The position numbers and the translations under genes are program-made. The notes beneath the pieces were generated by a model, which was given only the letters and a program-made list of their open reading frames with translations, was not told the DNA's origin and did no database searches. From assembly GCF_006345805.1 (NCBI RefSeq), contig NC_043012.1, positions 59,334,001 to 59,398,000 of the forward strand: 64,000 nucleotides of DNA, read 5' to 3'. This stretch comes from Octopus sinensis. Its lineage: Eukaryota. This document shows positions 62,357 to 64,000 of this stretch, one piece after another; the first letter of the stretch is position 1, and each line of letters starts with the position of its first letter.

Positions 62357-63005
62357 GAAGTAATGTTTCTCGCCACATCAATATGACTGTTCTGTGTTAC
62401 TATCATTTTGAACCCCTGCAAGCCTCCTTCAGCTAGTCTAGTTATCGATGCAATCTGCAACCGATATATATATTACAAGGAGGGGAGCGAACACCTACCA
62501 TCTCTCTAACTGATGACGGGATCACCAGACCGCACAGTTTCGACCTATTTTGTACATCGTCATTGGTGAACACCAGTTTGCGAAAGATAGATGTAGCTCG
62601 CTCCAGCTCGCAATATGCACAAAACCAAGTGACAATCATTCACTGATCTTGCAACAAGCAATGTAGCTAGTTAAAAAATATCTAGAATAAAGGAAAGTAG
62701 TAGCTATACTGAGAAGTAATTCTTTATCGCCAAATCACTATGGCTGTTCTATAGGAATCGAAGTTACTACCGTTTTTAACCCAGGAGTAATCTTCTCCAG
62801 TTGCTTATCAATGCAGTCCGCACCCGATATATACTGCCCACTGACAATGGCCATAAATAGCCCGAAACCATACGGCCTGGTGATTATATATCGAGCGTAG
62901 ACTGCATTGATAAGCAAGTGGAGGCGACCCCTCCTTGGGTTAAAAACTATAGTATCGTTGATTCCTATAGAACAGCCATATTGATGTGGTTATAAACATT
63001 ACTTC
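62357..63005. mobile_element. MITE-like fold-back element plus an extra left-arm copy
   Basis: Imperfect inverted arms 62713-62832 and 62885-63005; 62357-62470 is a second direct copy of the left arm. Confidence 0.6.
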
Positions 63006-63063
63006 TTCCTCTCTCTTTCTGTCTATCTGTCTGTCTGCCTGCCTGTCTGTCTGTCTGTCTGTC

Positions 63064-63117
<54 letters not shown>

Positions 63118-63231
63118 GCATACATACATTCATACACCCTCACACACACACACATATATATATAATTACAGGACTCAGTGTAAATATATGCAGAACGTAC
63201 GTGCACACACGCATACACACACATACTATAC

Positions 63232-63280
<49 letters not shown>

Positions 63281-63285
63281 CATAT

Positions 63286-63322
<37 letters not shown>

Positions 63323-64000
63323 ATATATATATTCATATATATGTGTGTGTGTCTTTGTGCGTGTACCTTTGTGCGTGTGTGTATCGTATATGTGCTTTCT
63401 TTGAATTTCTGTGAAAGCTTTCGCTCTTACCAGTAGTTCTGTTAGCATTCTGTGGTTGTTTAGGGGTTTCTTCTTCCGTCCAGGTTTCTGTATTACCTCC
63501 TCTCAAAGTAGATAAATATTTTTGAAACATATTTCGCAGAAGATCGAAATTCATTTGTAAACCTATTTATCTAAGCTTGTCTTTTTTATATTTTCTCCGA
63601 AATTGATAAACTACTCGGATCTGGAAAAAGAATCTGTGGAACATTCCTCTCTATTTTACTTTATTACTTCATATTTATCTATTTGAACAAACATCAACTG
63701 TTTCTTTCCACTGTAAATAAGAATGTCGCTATTCTCTTTATCATTACTTCCTCCTCTCTTCTTTCTTTTTCCGCTCTCTCCTTTCCTCTATTTTTACTAT
63801 TTTTCTACCTTTGCATTCTATAAAATCTCTTGTTTGTTTGTTTTCCTTCTTAAATTGCTTTCTCTCTCCTGTTAGTGTCGTTAAAGCACCGAAAATTCGA
63901 CCTCCTTCCTGTTCTCATAAAATGGAAATGAATCAAATTTGTTTATGGAATTTTTTACAGCTTTTAAATACATTTTATTTCATGTTTATTGTATTGGTAT

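Noticed and set aside
2485-63554. Most ORFs in the supplied track (YIYI, THTH, YLSI, poly-I/L/N/D/H products)
   Set aside because: They coincide with microsatellites or SINEs, are open in several frames at once and have no complex protein sequence.
63333-63554. Minus-strand exon MNFDLL...NRTTG with a GTAAGA donor near 63432
   Set aside because: A good donor but no polypyrimidine acceptor and no recognisable protein; the surroundings look like decayed repeat.

Overview
AT-rich, microsatellite-saturated eukaryotic non-coding DNA with one 100-N assembly gap (28661-28760). The SINE families and repeat landscape resemble an octopus genome (inference from recall, not a database search). I find no recognisable host protein-coding exon, rRNA, true tRNA gene or CRISPR array, and almost all listed ORFs are by-products of simple repeats or SINEs. 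Supportable content: (1) dozens of tRNA-derived SINE copies from three families, some in 184-185 bp tandem multimers, some with clean TSDs; (2) a frameshifted Penelope-like element (RT + GIY-YIG, 53630-55490) bracketed by an inverted pseudo-LTR; (3) dead Tc1 and mariner transposases, a Ty3/Gypsy integrase C-terminal remnant, and two Helentron-associated (HINE/DINE-1-like) fragments; (4) an element embedded in (AAT)n tracts. The main hidden signal is about 16-17 minimal hammerhead-ribozyme motifs with palindromic stem III, found by eye. Most sit in short elements that end in (TA)n, and several have a fold-back or inverted 5' segment. They include three U3:A8 core variants, two long palindromes with a hammerhead on each strand, a Penelope inversion breakpoint lying in the ribozyme's stem III, and a tRNA-headed SINE carrying an intact-looking hammerhead. 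All ribozyme calls are manual pairings and untested.
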